Of a DNA stretch of 64,000 nucleotides, positions 31,875 to 44,437 are shown piece by piece. Origin of the DNA: Limisphaerales bacterium (GTDB taxonomy: Bacteria > Verrucomicrobiota > Verrucomicrobiia > Limisphaerales > UBA11358); contig JBBCGE010000003.1 of the NCBI GenBank assembly GCA_037200545.1, forward strand, positions 355,948-419,947. The letters run 5' to 3'. Within the stretch, counting starts at the first letter, position 1; each line of letters starts with the position of its first letter. The position numbers were made by a program, and so were the translations under genes. Under the pieces are notes generated by a model. It was not told where the DNA came from, did no database searches, and saw nothing but the letters and a program-made list of their open reading frames with translations.

Positions 31875-34800
31875 TCAAAGCGTTACGGTGGCGGCTTTTA
31901 CGGCTTGATAATTCTTGTCCAGTTCCGGCTGGAGCAGAATCAAGGCGGCGATGCGGCGGGCCATGTGCGTGACTTCACGCGCCTCGTCCGGCGTGAGCGC
32001 GCGACCGAGCAAATCAAATTCCCGGTAGCTCAACCACTTCTTGATGACCTGATAACCGCCGATGGTGTAGTCCCAGACCGGTGCGGGAATGTCTTTCCAG
32101 CAGGCGGACTCGTTCAGATAAACATCGTGAAACTCGAACCACGGCAGTTTGTAATCCGGCCCGACATCCAAAATTGCTGTGACGAGTTTGCCTTGGCCGG
32201 GCATTATCGCGCCTTTTCTGTTGGCGTAACCCCAGCCAGCGGTCAGGGAAAGATTCAAAGCATCCTTTGTCACCCGTGTAACTACTGCAATCTTCATCAA
32301 ATCTGGACGAACCTTTCCGACAGTGACGCCATCAACACCATTTTCCGTATCGAGTAGAGCGGAAACTTGTTTACCCAATTCGGTGGATGCGAGCAAAGCG
32401 GCTTTGGAAGCGGGCAAGGGAATTCGCGGCCAATCTTGTCGGATGCCGTCGGCATGATCAGCGAGATAGGCTGGCGAATAGCCGATGGCAAGCGCGTGCA
32501 TCCAAATCAGTCCTGCGGTGTCCGCGTCATCTGGATTCGTGATGCCAAGTTTAGCGAGATAGGCGCGGGTAGCAGGTGAAAGATTAGCGGTAGTTTTCTC
32601 CCCGCCTGCTGTGTAAGCGGGAGCAGCATTCTCGGAGAATGCTACCCAACTCGCCGTTGCCATCATCCTTCTTTGGTTTTTCCTTTGATGATTCCCGAAG
32701 GCGCAGAGGAATTGCAACGGCATGACCGCGCATAGAGTCACGTGCCAGTAAGTTTTTTGTAAAGATGAACGGCACTCCTTCGGGTTCGGCGACACCAGTC
32801 GTGCGACTTAACAAGAATGCGTTTCCTGGCCAGCTTTGCTTCCACAGATCGGGACGCGAGCGCTTCCATACATTTGGCACAGGCGTGTAGTAGCACCAAC
32901 GAACATCACAGGGACGAAAAAGGTAGCGTCGAAGGTTTTTGGTTGTAAAAGCATCTTTGTCTTGTGCAATTTTCCTGATTTTTTCGGGCTTGAAAGCTGC
33001 GCTCTTTCGAGAGAGTCCGGTCTTTAGTGATGCAAACTCCTCCCACTCGACGAGTTCGTCGAAATACTTTTCCATGCGAGAAGCCAATGCACTTTTTCCG
33101 ATCTCAATCAGGCTATTTGCCCGATCTTCATCCATGCCTTGCAACGGTTGGCTTTCACAAAGTTCATTGAGTTTCGGCCATGATAAATACGCTGTTGCTA
33201 CATTCTGCGGACAGAATGTGAAACGGTTGATGTATTCTGGTGCAACTTGCTCATACTGCTTGGGGAAATTCTTTGTTTGGAGACTTGCAAGAATCTCCGC
33301 GCGCTTGTTTGCACCCCAGAATTGTCTGAAGAAAACATTTGGCTTCTTACTGCGCTTGGGCTGCCGAACCATCAACCCGATGGCCGTGCCCACCTTGATG
33401 CCTTCGCGATTGTAATCCGTAGAGAAAACTGACGGGTCGGGTTTTCCTTCCGGCGTAAGTTTTCCGGTTTCACGGCTATCACCGTTTAAGCAATCAAACC
33501 AAAGTGAATCGAACTCTTGCACGAATCGTTGGCGCATTTCGACAAATGATTGCTCGCTTAAATATGAAAAGTTTGAAATATAACAAACGATACCTTTGCC
33601 AGATTTTTCCGCAATGCGTCGCTCGGCAATCCGAAAGAAGCGAACATAAAGCTCATCCAAATTAAATTTTTTTATTCCCCAACCACCTTTATTAACAGGG
33701 TCGGCCAATTTGTAATGGCGTTTCATTACTGGCTGTCCGTCTTCGTCAAATAAATCTTCCCCATCTTTATTTTTCCTCTGTGTCCAATAAACACCTTTAT
33801 AGGCTTCAACCAGACCTTGCTCTTCTTTTGGGCTGATACCTGCAAAAGCGTTATAAGGTGGGTTTCCAAGGATAACAAGAATGGGTTTCTCTTGTTTGAC
33901 CTTGCCCGCACCCCTGCGTTCTATTTCCAATTCCGGCCAGTTTGCGAGATGTGGATTGGCTTTATCCTCATCCCAACCGGTTAGGGCGTTGGTCAGGAAA
34001 ATTCCAGCGCGTTCACCTTTAGTATCATCTAACGGCACAGACAGGTTTTGTAGGAGCAGACCCATTTGCAGATGCGCCACAACAAATGGTGCGGGCAAGA
34101 TTTCAAAGCCGAAGACACGTTTCTGCGCGGCCTCTTTAAGTTCGGCGTTGACCAAAGCATCTTCACCTTTTTCTTCTGTGAGTGTTTTAGAAACTTTTCG
34201 CAACACCTCGACGAGATACGCGCCCGTGCCGCAGCAGGGGTCGAGCACGAACACGCGCGGGTCGGCGAGGCCGTCGGGAATGTCCAGTTCCTCGCGCAAG
34301 GCGGCGTCCACGCGGGCGACCTGATATTGCACAATCTCCGGCGGCGTATACCACACGCCCAGTTGCTTGCGGAGTTCGGGATCGAAAGCTTCAAGGAACG
34401 GTTCGTAGAAATACTGGACGGCGTGGTCTTCCACAAACCGCTCAAAGAAGGCGGCGCGATCCACGCGGTTGAGCGCGGCGGCGGTCCAGTCGAGAACTTC
34501 CACCAATCCGAGCGGGCCAAGTTTCGTCGGCGTGGCGACCTGCTCGAACAAGGCTTTGATCATCGGAACGTGCAACGTCCACGCGGCGGACTTCCAATTG
34601 AAATCATTTTTGCGCTGCGGCTTTTCCTTGTGCCAGAGCACCCACGCGGAAAACACGCCGTAGAAAAGTGTCTGGACGAGCGTGGAACGGAAAAAGTGTT
34701 CGCCCTTCTCCGCCTCAAACTTCATGCCGAGTGCTTCTTCCAACGCACCCCGGACGGCGGCGAGTGCCGGAAGATTGCCCGCACCTTCCACCCGCGCCCG

Positions 34801-35388
34801 CGCATCGCGCGCATACGAGGCGAGAAAGAAAGCCACGTCTTTGGGATTGTTCAGTGGCGCGGCGTGGAGCATCACGCGCTTGAGGTATTCGATGAAACGT
34901 TCGCCGAGTTCGCTGGCGGCCTTGCGCGGCTGGGCGGCGACGATCCAGAAAGATTTTTCGTCGGGTGCGAGTTGAAACGATTCGAGCCGGATGGGTTTGC
35001 CGTTATCACCACGCTTCAGAAGCAGAAAGCTGCAGTAGTTCGTCAGCAAAACCAGGCCGTAATGTTTGAGGTAATCGTTGACCTGTTCCGTTTCGGAGAT
35101 GTCATCAATGTCATCGCGGGTGGATTTGACTTCGATGACACCGCGCGCGGGCTTCTGGTCAATGAAGGATTCTTCCTCGTTCCGGTTTTTCAACTGGTCG
35201 GGCGTGAACAATCCGCCATCAGGAATGCCGGCGCCGCTGTTCTTGGGATGGATGATGCAGCGGACTTTGGGTTTGAGCGTGTGGCCGACGGCGTTCAGAA
35301 GATTGGCGAGCGCCGGATAACCGGAGGTTTCCTTGGTCGCCCCGCGCAACGTGGCGATTTCCGCGAGATAGGTTTCCAGTGGGTGCAT
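31875..35388 (-). CDS. single-polypeptide type IIG / type ISP-like restriction-modification enzyme (N6-adenine methyltransferase with an N-terminal PD-(D/E)XK-like motif and a Type-ISP C-terminal domain); one frameshift as sequenced
   Basis: N-terminus GIPDGGLF...RGVIEVKS (D...EXK). Methylase motifs VLDPCCGTGAY (motif I) and ILGNPPYN (motif IV, NPPY). The C-terminus WDYTIGGYQVIKKWLSYRE is typical of Type-ISP C domains. ORFs 32584-35388 and 31875-32795 overlap and join near 32640-32690. Confidence 0.8.
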
Positions 35389-35472
35389 TGCCAGTGACGT
35401 GCAGAGCTTAGGGCGGTTGCTGGCGATTGGAAAGCCGGAGTTTTAGACTGGCGGCCATTCCGCACCGGAAGA

Positions 35473-36377
35473 TTATTTTATCTCGTTGGTGGCGCTGGCT
35501 TTTATCTGCTCCAGCGCGTTGATCTGGGAGCGGAGTTTGGCGGCGATCTCCTTGAGCTTTTCCGACTGCGCGGACTGCACCTGCTGGAAATGTTTCATGG
35601 CCGCCTGCTGGTCGGTCCAGGAGCCGCTGGCCTGCGCATTGGCCAGACGTTGCCGGGCTTCCTCGACCTGCGTCTCCATCTCCACCGCCGCCGTCTGGTA
35701 ATCGCCCAACGCACCGACGCTGAGAAGCTGGCTGCCTTCAGCCACGGAAAGGGTCGCCAGATCGGGTAACGCTTTCTTGACCGCTTCGATGGTCACGGCA
35801 TCAGGCGCAGGTGCGGCGGGAAACGCCCGAGGAACTTTGCGCCGGGCCGGCTGATTTCAGCCGGGCGATGGCGCGGCTCAGATCCGCTTCCAACGCCGGT
35901 TCCCATTCGGCGGAAAGTTGGGGGAATGATTCCTTCCGTCCGTTGGAGATTAAAGTGATGCCAAAATAACAGGCGTCGCCCTTGTCGAGATTGAAGGCCG
36001 GAGTCCGTCGGCGGAAGCGGCATTGGCATCGGCCGCAGTCTTGAATTGTGTCACGGAAATCTTCCCTTCGCCGTCACGTTGATATTCCGCTAGCAATTGG
36101 TTGATGCGGTCGGCAAAAGCAAACGTATCGGCGGGCACGCTGTTTTGATCGAGCACGGAGTAGAATGAATTTCCACCGGGGAGCTGAGATTTTTTTAGAA
36201 TCGTCCGGTACCGCCGGATAATTCACGGTTGCCGTCGGTGCCTGGATTCTTCAACATGCCATGGCGGGCGTACCAAAAAAGTCCCGCCACCAGGCCGATG
36301 CACGTCAGGCACACGATTAAAATTTTAACTCCGGCACCGGCTTTTTCAGTGATCCGCGCAGGCGATGATTTGCTCAT
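35473..36377 (-). pseudogene. membrane-anchored hypothetical protein with a C-terminal coiled coil, several frameshifts
   Basis: N-terminal TM VKILIVCLTCIGLVAGLFWY (ORF 36195-36434). Middle fragment NSVPADTFAFADRINQLLAEYQRDGEGKISVTQFK (35950-36156). Intact-looking C-terminal ORF 35473-35796 is Ala/Gln-rich coiled coil. Joining them is my inference. Confidence 0.35.
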
Positions 36378-36667
36378 AGGAAAAACCGTGGATGGTTTGT
36401 TGGTCTGGATTTCCAGCGTCGCAGATCCCGGCATTACACGCGAGAAAAAAACCTGTTTTTAGTCCGCCGCCGGCCCGGAAAAGCAGGTGGTTCAAATTGA
36501 CGGATGACAAAAAAAGGCTGGCGTTAGGCAAGATAAGGAAAGCCTCCATATGCCGCTCCTGTAAGATTTCGTTCACGCCTAAAGGCACCAATGTTCAGAT
36601 GGCAAACCAATGGTTGGCCGTTGCAACTGCTGCACTCAGGAATGCCCGGTCGCCGTTGTTGTCCCAA

Positions 36668-38362
36668 ATGAAGAGAAAAACTCAACTGGTAAACAAAACG
36701 CTCGTCGTGTTCTGGACGTTGTTGAGCATCGTTCTCTGCGACTTTTCCACTCAAGGGCAGGGGGTTCAACACCTGTTGGAACCTCAGCCCGGCGGCTGGC
36801 CCGGTTTGCCGGTCATGAACGGCATCCTGAAAGTCACCAACGGCGTGAGTTTGATGTGGACGGGCCCCTCGGGATATTATCAACTGCAAAAAAAATCTTC
36901 GCTGACCGGCTCCTCATGGCAGAACGTCGGCGCTCGGACGTTGAACTGGCAGGCCACCGTGGCGGTGGTTCCGGGCAATGCTTTTTTCCGAGTGTCCGGG
37001 CCGTCGCCGCACTTCATTGGTTCGCAAGCCTGCACCGAATGTCACGGCAACATTCAATCCACGGTGTTGAGGACGGTCCATGCTACCGCGTTCACGGACG
37101 CTGATTTTGTTTCCGCCGGCGGTCAAAACAATCCTTCCTGTCTTTCCTGTCACACGGTGGCTACAAGCTGCCGACCGGATTTGTCAGCAAGTCCCTGACG
37201 CCGAAACTGGCAAACGTGCAGTGCGAAAACTGCCACGGTCCGGCCGCCTATCATGCCCGCCAATCCGGATGATTTCACGGTCGTGCCGCGGTATTGAGAT
37301 TGCCGCCACGCTTTGCGGCGGTTGTCACCCAAGGTCCCATGCAGCCCACTTTCGAAGAATGGAAATCGAGCGGACATTCTGCCATCCCGGCGGCCGTGCT
37401 GAATTCCATGGCTTTCCTCCCCCGCCAATTTAACCGGTTGCGGCCGGTGTCATTCGGGTTCGGTCCGGCTGGCGTTGCTTAACGGACAAAATCCCAGCAC
37501 GGTTGCCAATGATTACAATGTCCCCATCACCTGCGTCGTCTGCCATGATCCGCACCAGACCACGGCGTATCCGGCGCAAGTGCGCAATCCGCTGTCCTCA
37601 ACGAATTATTATTCGCTCACCACGTCCGCGAATTTTGCCACCGCGTACAACCCGAAAATTAACATCTGCGCCCAGTGCCATAACAGCCGCGGAGCCGCGT
37701 GGACGGACACCTCGCGGGGCGCCGCATCATTCGCAGCAGTATAATTTTCTGCTGGGTTCCATCGGCGAACTGCCGGAAGGCTCGGCCACGTTCAATCCCG
37801 GTTCGCACGCCGGGTTGCCGGCTTCCGCCCAGTATTCTCTTTCCGGCACGTTTTACCTGACCAATCAGTGTGTTTCCTGTCACATGCAAAAGGATGCCGC
37901 ACCGGCCAACACTCAGAGCCATGCATTTGCATTCGGCAACTACGCCGCCTGTCTGAACTGTCATCCTACCAACCCGGAAAAGCTGGTGTCGATGTCATGG
38001 TGCCGGCGGTTTCCAACCGGGTTTACAACTTGAAATTTTGCGCTGATTATGGGCCGTCAACAACGCGAACCCCGCGTTGCGTACGAAACGGAGCGGTTGC
38101 CTGGGAATATACGACACCGGGCGGTTTGATCTGGCAGACCAACCAGCTGGAGGAATCACCGGCTGGACGCAGGTGGAATCGGTAAATTTTGGCGGGCCGA
38201 ATACGGCGGCGCAGGTCTTGATTCCGAATGATATCAAACGGGCCCGCTTCAATTTATACTTGGTGCTCAACGACGGCGAGTTTCGGCACCCACAATCCAT
38301 TTTTTGCGCTGGACCTTTTGGACACGGCTGAAGAGTGGGTGCTTGATGAAATTGACAATTAA
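36668..38362 (+). pseudogene. secreted multihaem c-type cytochrome (about 9 CXXCH), paralogue of 29211-31652, many frameshifts as sequenced
   Basis: Signal-like MKRKTQLVNKTLVVFWTLLSIVLC. Motifs across frames: CTECH, CLSCH, CENCH, CGGCH, CGRCH, CVVCH, CAQCH, CVSCH, CLNCH. Blocks are co-linear with the intact paralogue, e.g. VQCENCHGPAAYHA vs VQCESCHGPGSEHA and ITCVVCHDPH vs ITCQTCHDPH. Confidence 0.7.
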
Positions 38363-38366
38363 CAAC

Positions 38367-39231
38367 ATGACAAGGTTTTCATTCATCTGGAATTTTCTGC
38401 CATCCAGCAAAAAAGGGCGCGCCCTGATGGCTGTGGCCGGCCTGAATCATGCTGGTGCTGGCAGCCATCTCCTGCAGCACGGTCAACAATCAGGCAGTCG
38501 CGTTACCGGACGTTTCCCGGAGCGAAATACATCGGCTCCTCGGAATGCGAGCAATGTCCATGATGAAATTTACAAAGACTTCAAGGACTGCGGATCACGC
38601 GCGGCTCATGACCGAAGGTCCCAACGCCAAAGACGTGGGCTGTGAATCCTGCCATGGGCCCGCCAGTCTTCATGCGGACTCTGGTGGCGAAGTCAAAACG
38701 CCCTATGCTTTCACTCCGGACGTCCGTTGCCCGCCGGCCTGGCCGGAACCACGCCCGGCATGTCGCCGGCCCGTTCAAAAGAAACCGTTTGCTACCAATG
38801 TCATGCCGATGTGCGCGGGCAATTTGAACTTCCCAATCATCATCCTGTCCCGGAAGGCCGGATGGATTGCACTATTTGTCATTCGCCGCACAAGGGAAGC
38901 ATCCACGCCGGTGGCGGCACGCCTTGATGTCGCAAAACGATAATTGCATCAAATGCCATCCGGCTCAACGCGGGGCCTTACGTGTTTTGAACACGAAGCG
39001 TTGCGCGAAGGTTGTACTTCCTGTCATACCGCCCACGGCAGTGTAAATGCAAAATTGCTCACCGTGCGGGATTCAAACTCTGCCTCAAGTGTCATTTTCA
39101 CAGATAAGAAACGGCGCCATCCTCATAGGTGGTTCGGATCACACCATCCGTTTGCAGCAGGCACTTGCTGGACGGCTGGCTGCCATGAAGCGGTTCACGG
39201 TTCGCGCGTCAACCCGTCGCTTAGATTTTAG
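38367..39231 (+). pseudogene. small periplasmic multihaem cytochrome (about 8 haem sites, MtrA/DmsE/OmaB-like), several frameshifts as sequenced
   Basis: Motifs across frames: CEQCH (restored by removing one C at 38558-38559), CESCH, CYQCH, CTICH, CIKCH, CTSCH, CLKCH, and the terminal GTCWTAGCHEAVHGS. Haem sites are packed closely, about one per 35 aa. Confidence 0.7.
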
Positions 39232-39247
39232 GTCGTCGAGGAAAACC

Positions 39248-41388
39248 ATGAAAAGGAAACATCCGACAAAAAGGCGAAAGGACCTGGCCTCGCGGCGGGC
39301 ATGGTATCGTCATTGCATACCTCGTCGTCGCGGCGTTTTTGTCCTGGAGCCACGCGGCGCACGCCGCCGGCACCAATGCTCCTGCACCGGTTCTGACGCC
39401 GGAGCAATGGTTCGAGGGTGGCACCAATACTTACAATAACTGGGTTGATCTTTCCGTGGGTGGCCTGATTTTGGATGGCAGCACCGCGCAAGGGCAACAG
39501 CAATATCAGTTGCAAAAAAAATCCCTTCGGTGGCGTCAGCGATCTGCACTTCCAGCAGGATGTCGCCAAGGAAAACCACGCTGACCCTGGACGGCCACGC
39601 GCTGTTCGATCAAAACGACTACAAGATGACGTTCCGTTTGCAACGCGAGGATTTCGGATACATCAAAGTCAACGTCACCGACTTTCGCACCTGGTATAAC
39701 GGTGCGGGCGGTTTTTTCCCGCCCACCGGGATTCAATACCAGCTTCCCAATGATGATTTGTATCTGGATCGCGGCGAATTTTCCATTGAGGCGGGACTCA
39801 CGCCCAAGGATCTGCCGCAAATGTTTTCAAATATGACCACAGCTACCGGGACGGGGCAAAAGAGTTCCACCATCTGGGGGCCGGTGCATCCTGATGCAAC
39901 ATCGGCAGTGCGGGGTGTATATCCATCCATTTATGACATCAACGAAAAGGTGGACAGCTACTCGTTGGATTTGACCCATAACATCAAGAGCACGGATTTG
40001 GGGTGTCGGCGTGCGTTACGAAACCGCCAGCCTGGCTGACAACCGGCAGGAGACATTCTGGCAGGGCGAACCGGGACAACGGAATGTTACGGACAATCAG
40101 GGGACTTCCTATGACATGTTTAACGCCCATGCCTTCACCGAGACCTGGTTTAAGAATGGCATTTTGTTTTCCACCGGCTACATGTTTGCCAATATAAATG
40201 AAACCTTCACCCGGCAGTCGCAATTACGGGGACGATTTCAATGTGGTGTACACCTCGAATCCGTTGAACGGTCTGGGCTATGCCAATCTCAATGGCGGTG
40301 CGCAGGAGCAGGAACACGTGGCGAACCTGAACTTGATGGCGACGCCCGTAAAATACCTGACCATCGTGCCGTCGCTGCGGGTGCAATCAGACACGTGGAA
40401 TGCGAATTCCGCCGGCATCGGGACGCAGGGCACTTTCACCAGCCCCTACACCAGCACCAGTGACGGGGAGACGTTGGATGTGCGGGAGTGTCTGGATATC
40501 CGTTATACCGGCGTAACCAATTGGGTTTATTATGCCAGTGCCGAACTGACCGAAGGCACGGCAATCTCAATCAGTATGGCGGGCTGTCCTCAAGTCAACG
40601 GGATCGGTGTGCCGCCCGTTCTGGAACTCACCGATCAAACCCGCTGGTTGCAGAAATATTCTCTCGCGCGCGCTGGTATCCTGTCCGCCGCACCACGATT
40701 GACTTTGGGGGCTATTACAAGAACAACCAATACAACTACAACAATCCTACTGACAGCACTTACAATGGCGAGGACAGCCCCAATCGTTATCCTGCCTATC
40801 TGGTCATGGAGAGTTTTCAAACCTACGATGGCAATGTGCGCCTGACTTTCCGGCCCGTCGCAACGTCACTCTGGTCAGCCGTTATGAATATCAGCATTCA
40901 ATCATCAACACGACTCCCGATGCGATTTCAGGGCTGGGCGATGCCCAGTCGTCCACCATGAACAGCAGATCATCGCCCAGAACGTGACGTGGACGCCCAT
41001 TTCCCGGCTCTGTTTCCAAGGCGGTTTCAATTATGTCTTAAGCACGACGCAGACGCCCACGTCCGCCTACACCCAGGCCATCCTCAATTCCCAGAACAAC
41101 TACTGGACCATCACCTTGAACTCGATGCTGGTGTTAGATGACAAGACCGATTTCAACGTGGATTTCTTTATTATCATGCGGGTGATTTCAACGACAATGC
41201 CGCTTACGGCGTGCCGCTCGGTGCCGGTGCGGAGGAATACACCGTGACTGCGGTCATCACCCGCGTATCACCCAAAATTTGCGGGTCAATCTCAAATACG
41301 CTTATACCCAATACAACGACTGGGCTTCGGCGGCAACAACAACTACGATGCCCAATTGGTTTATACCACGCTTCAATACCGGTTTTAG
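39248..41388 (+). pseudogene. putative outer-membrane beta-barrel protein (candidate porin partner of the adjacent cytochromes), many frameshifts as sequenced
   Basis: Signal-like segment IVIAYLVVAAFLSWSHAAHAAG. There are long stretches of alternating-polarity, Tyr/Asn/Thr/Gly-rich sequence. The reconstructed C-terminus ...NLKYAYTQYNDW...LVYTTLQYRF ends in an aromatic residue, as OMPs do. Confidence 0.5.
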
Positions 41389-41569
41389 ATGAATTCTCCC
41401 GAAGGCAGGGCGGCAGGTTGATTCAAAAAAAATTGGTCTGCGGGGGCCGTTTATCAACTACATTGGGTCCAGGTTATGACACCGTTCACACATCTCTCTC
41501 CAACCTGGAAAACAAACGCCACACGATTGCCCGGTTAAAAATTTCCAATGAAAAACGCTGAGTATAGAT

Positions 41570-42909
41570 TTGGATCTGGTAAAAAAATATAACGTGGCCG
41601 GGCCGCGTTACACCAGCTATCCGCCGGCGACCAAGTTCAGCGAAGCTGTGACATGGGAGCAGCTTTCTGAGAAGATCGAAGATAATAATCTCAGTCCTCG
41701 CGATCTTTCGGTTTATTTTCACATTCCATTCTGCGAGTCGCTCTGCTGGTTCTGCGGCTGCACCACGGTCATCACCACCAACCACGATAAAGGCAATGAT
41801 TACGTTGCCTATCTTGGCCGCGAGGTTGCCAAGCTCGCGCCGCGATTGAACAAAGATCGCAAAGCCGTCCAACTTCATTTTGGTGGCGGCTCGCCCACGT
41901 TTTTGCGCCCCGATGAAATCCGCCGACTCGGTGAAATCATCCACAAACACTTTACGTTTTCACCGGATATTGAAGCGAGTGTCGAGGTGGACCCGCGCCG
42001 GCTGACACGCGAACACCTGGTCGCCTTGCGGGAGATCGGCTTCAACCGCGCCTCGATGGGCGTGCAGGATTTTAATCCGCAAGTGCAGGAGGCGATCCAT
42101 CGCATCCAGCCGCGCGCGATGACGCAGCAGGCGATTGACTGGATGCGCGAACTCGGCTTTGGCTCCATCAACCTTGATTTGATCTACGGTCTACCTTCAA
42201 CGAAACCCTCGACACCGGTGCGAGATGAAGCCCGACCGGCTCGCCGTGTTCAGCTACGCGCATGTGCCCGTGGATCAAGCCCCGCGCAAAAAATCCTCGA
42301 GGAAAAATCCTGCCGACGCGGAAAGCAAACTCGAGGTGCTGAAGCTCGTCATCGAACGGCTCACGGCCGGATGACCAGTATGTTTACATCGGCATGGATC
42401 ATTTTGCGAAACCGACGGACGAACTCACCATCGCGCAGCGCGGGAAAAAAATTGCAGCGGAATTTCCCAGGGCTACAGCACGCGCGCCGGCTCGGATATT
42501 TATTCGTTCGGCATGAGTGCGATTTCACAGACCCCCCGACGCCTACTGGCAGAACGAAAAGGAGCTGCCGAAATACCAGACGGCGGTGGACGCGGAAAAA
42601 GTGCCACTGCACAAGGCGTATTTCATGACCGGCGAAGACAAGATCCGCCGCGAAACCATCATGCGCGCGATGTGCGACCTCTCACTCGACTTCGCGGCGA
42701 TGAGCGCAAAACTCGACATCAACTTTGAGGAACATTTTGAAACGGAACTTGCCGCGCTCGCGCCTTTCATCGCCGATGGACTGGTGAAAAAAACTCCTGC
42801 CGGACTCGAGATCACGAATTCCGGCCGCCTCTTCATCCGCAACATCGCCATGTGTTTTGACAACACGCTCGGCGCGGCTAATGAGCGCAGACACTCCAAG
42901 ACGATTTAA
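41570..42909 (+). pseudogene. hemN: oxygen-independent coproporphyrinogen III oxidase (radical SAM HemN), at least 3 frameshifts as sequenced
   Basis: N-terminus LVKKYNVAGPRYTSYPPATKF, radical SAM motif IPFCESLCWFCGC, GGGSPT. The C-terminal ORF 42517-42909 (YWQNEKELPKYQTAVD...GRLFIRNIAMCFD) is the HemN C-domain. The middle part is only recovered by switching frames. Confidence 0.85.
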
Positions 42910-43191
42910 TTTTTCGCGGATTCAAAGAAGCGAACCCATCAAACTTCATCGAAAAGCGGCGACCACTTCTGCGATGTAAAATGATGTTCCACCTCCCGGC
43001 GAATCTGGGGTGATAATAATCGAATTAACCTAATTGTCTCCTGTTTCGCTGATCCAAAGCGTGCATCCAGGATTTTCACAGACATCTGCAAACCGGCCAA
43101 GCTTCTTTCTTAATCCGTTGAATTTCGGAAAGGATTCGTTTTTGTTTTGCTTCATGTAAGGCAGAAATTTCCGACATGATTTTTGATTCTT

Positions 43192-43674
43192 CTACGAGAG
43201 CGTTATCCTGTTTCTCTTCTTCTCAAATAGCGGTTTTGGTTTAGCTCCTTTGCAAGCTTTCAAATGACCGGAAAGATGCTGCTTTTCAACTGAACAATTA
43301 CATTTGGGACAAGTCTCCATTGTTTTTGAACTTTGTGACGGACAACGGGATTTTTTGTGGTTCGATTGGTAGGACGAACACGTTGGAGCGTTCTAGGGCA
43401 GCGCTCCTTGTGTTCTTCACGCTCGTCTTCATAAAAAAGATCCGTTACAGCATGGACATTTGGTCTTCAGCTCCGTTTCTCTGCGAATACGATAAGTGGA
43501 TGCCCATTCCTCAAATTCAACATCAGCAGGAGTGAGGATTGTTATTTGGAAATCGCCCATTTTGACGTGTTTAATCAAGCCATCCTCACTCGAAAGAACC
43601 ACAAGTTCGCCAAGTAATTCGCTGAAATCTAGGTCGGGGGTGCCGCGAGCAAAAGCAATGTTCCATCGAGACAT
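43192..43674 (-). pseudogene. hypothetical protein with two C2HC-type zinc-finger-like motifs, frameshifted
   Basis: ORF 43429-43674 ends at ..KCPCCNGSF. Removing one base from the A6/T6 run (~43434-43439) continues it as YEDEREEHKERC. A second motif, CPKCNCSVEKQHLSGHLKAC, follows in another frame. The region is AT-rich. Confidence 0.3.
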
Positions 43675-43767
43675 CCGATTTGTAGTTTCGGCCTTGCGGC
43701 GAACCGAGGCACGATATTTTATTTACCAAAGCAAGATTTGGAGACACGAAGCTACTCTGGCTATTTG

Positions 43768-44072
43768 TCAGTGAGGCGATGCACGCGTAGGAATCACGAT
43801 GAGCAGCTCATCGAAGCAACCGTGTTTTGGCCACGGCCAACCAAGCGGCGGATTAAACCCACACAGAGCCGCCGTTTATGTCGGATAAAATAAACTTCCT
43901 TCCTACATTTAGGACAACATGTCGGATGACAAACATCTTTGAATCGTTCACTGAAAGAGTAGGTGCGTGAGCTAAATCCTGTCCCGCCATAATTTCCACC
44001 GCCCGATCCGATATGGCCGTCACCACCGAATCCGCATGTGCAACAGGGAGAATGATTATTTGCGTTACACAT
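43768..44072 (-). pseudogene. small Gly/Cys-rich zinc-ribbon protein, frameshifted
   Basis: MCNANNHSPCCTCGFGGDGHIGSGGGNYGG..., then CPKCRKEVYFIRH. After frame changes this continues as NGGSVWVNPPLGWPWPKHGCFD. Confidence 0.3.
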
Positions 44073-44219
44073 TGTAATTTCCGTGTTTCATCCGTGTTCA
44101 ATCTGTGACTAAATAATTTCGTTCGCAAATAAATTATTATTCACGAAATCCATCGCAATCATCATTTGCTGGCGATTGCCGCAATTGCCAAACGCCCGGA
44201 TTGGCGGTATAAACACAGC

Positions 44220-44437
44220 ATGAGCGCGCACGACCCTCATCACGATTGACCCGGACATTCTCGGCGGCACGCCGGTGTTCAAAGGGGACGCGCGTGCCCA
44301 TCAAGTCGCTGTTCGAGTATCTGGAGGACGACTATTCGTTGGAGGAATTTCTGGAATGTTTCCCGTCCGTGACACGCGCGCTGGCGTGCCGGGTGTTGGA
44401 ACAGTCAGAAGCGGCGCTCCTTGAGCCGTCCGCATGA
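44220..44437 (+). pseudogene. DUF433-family putative antitoxin, frameshifted
   Basis: ITIDPDILGGTPVFKG|TRVPIKSLFEYLEDDYSLEEFLECFPSVTRA is recovered by removing one G from the GGGG run at 44284-44287. Pairing with the DUF5615 gene downstream is the classic arrangement. Confidence 0.6.

Noticed and set aside
31268-32357. Plus-strand ORFs 31268-31972 and 31737-32357
   Set aside because: The first is an alternative frame of the cytochrome gene tail. The second is antisense to the C-terminal Type-ISP domain of the R-M gene. Neither has motifs, and both cross the putative terminator or intergenic region.
34066-35397. 443-aa plus-strand ORF
   Set aside because: It is antisense to the methyltransferase gene, which has unambiguous motifs. 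Its translation is Arg/Gly/Val-rich, typical of GC-rich antisense frames.
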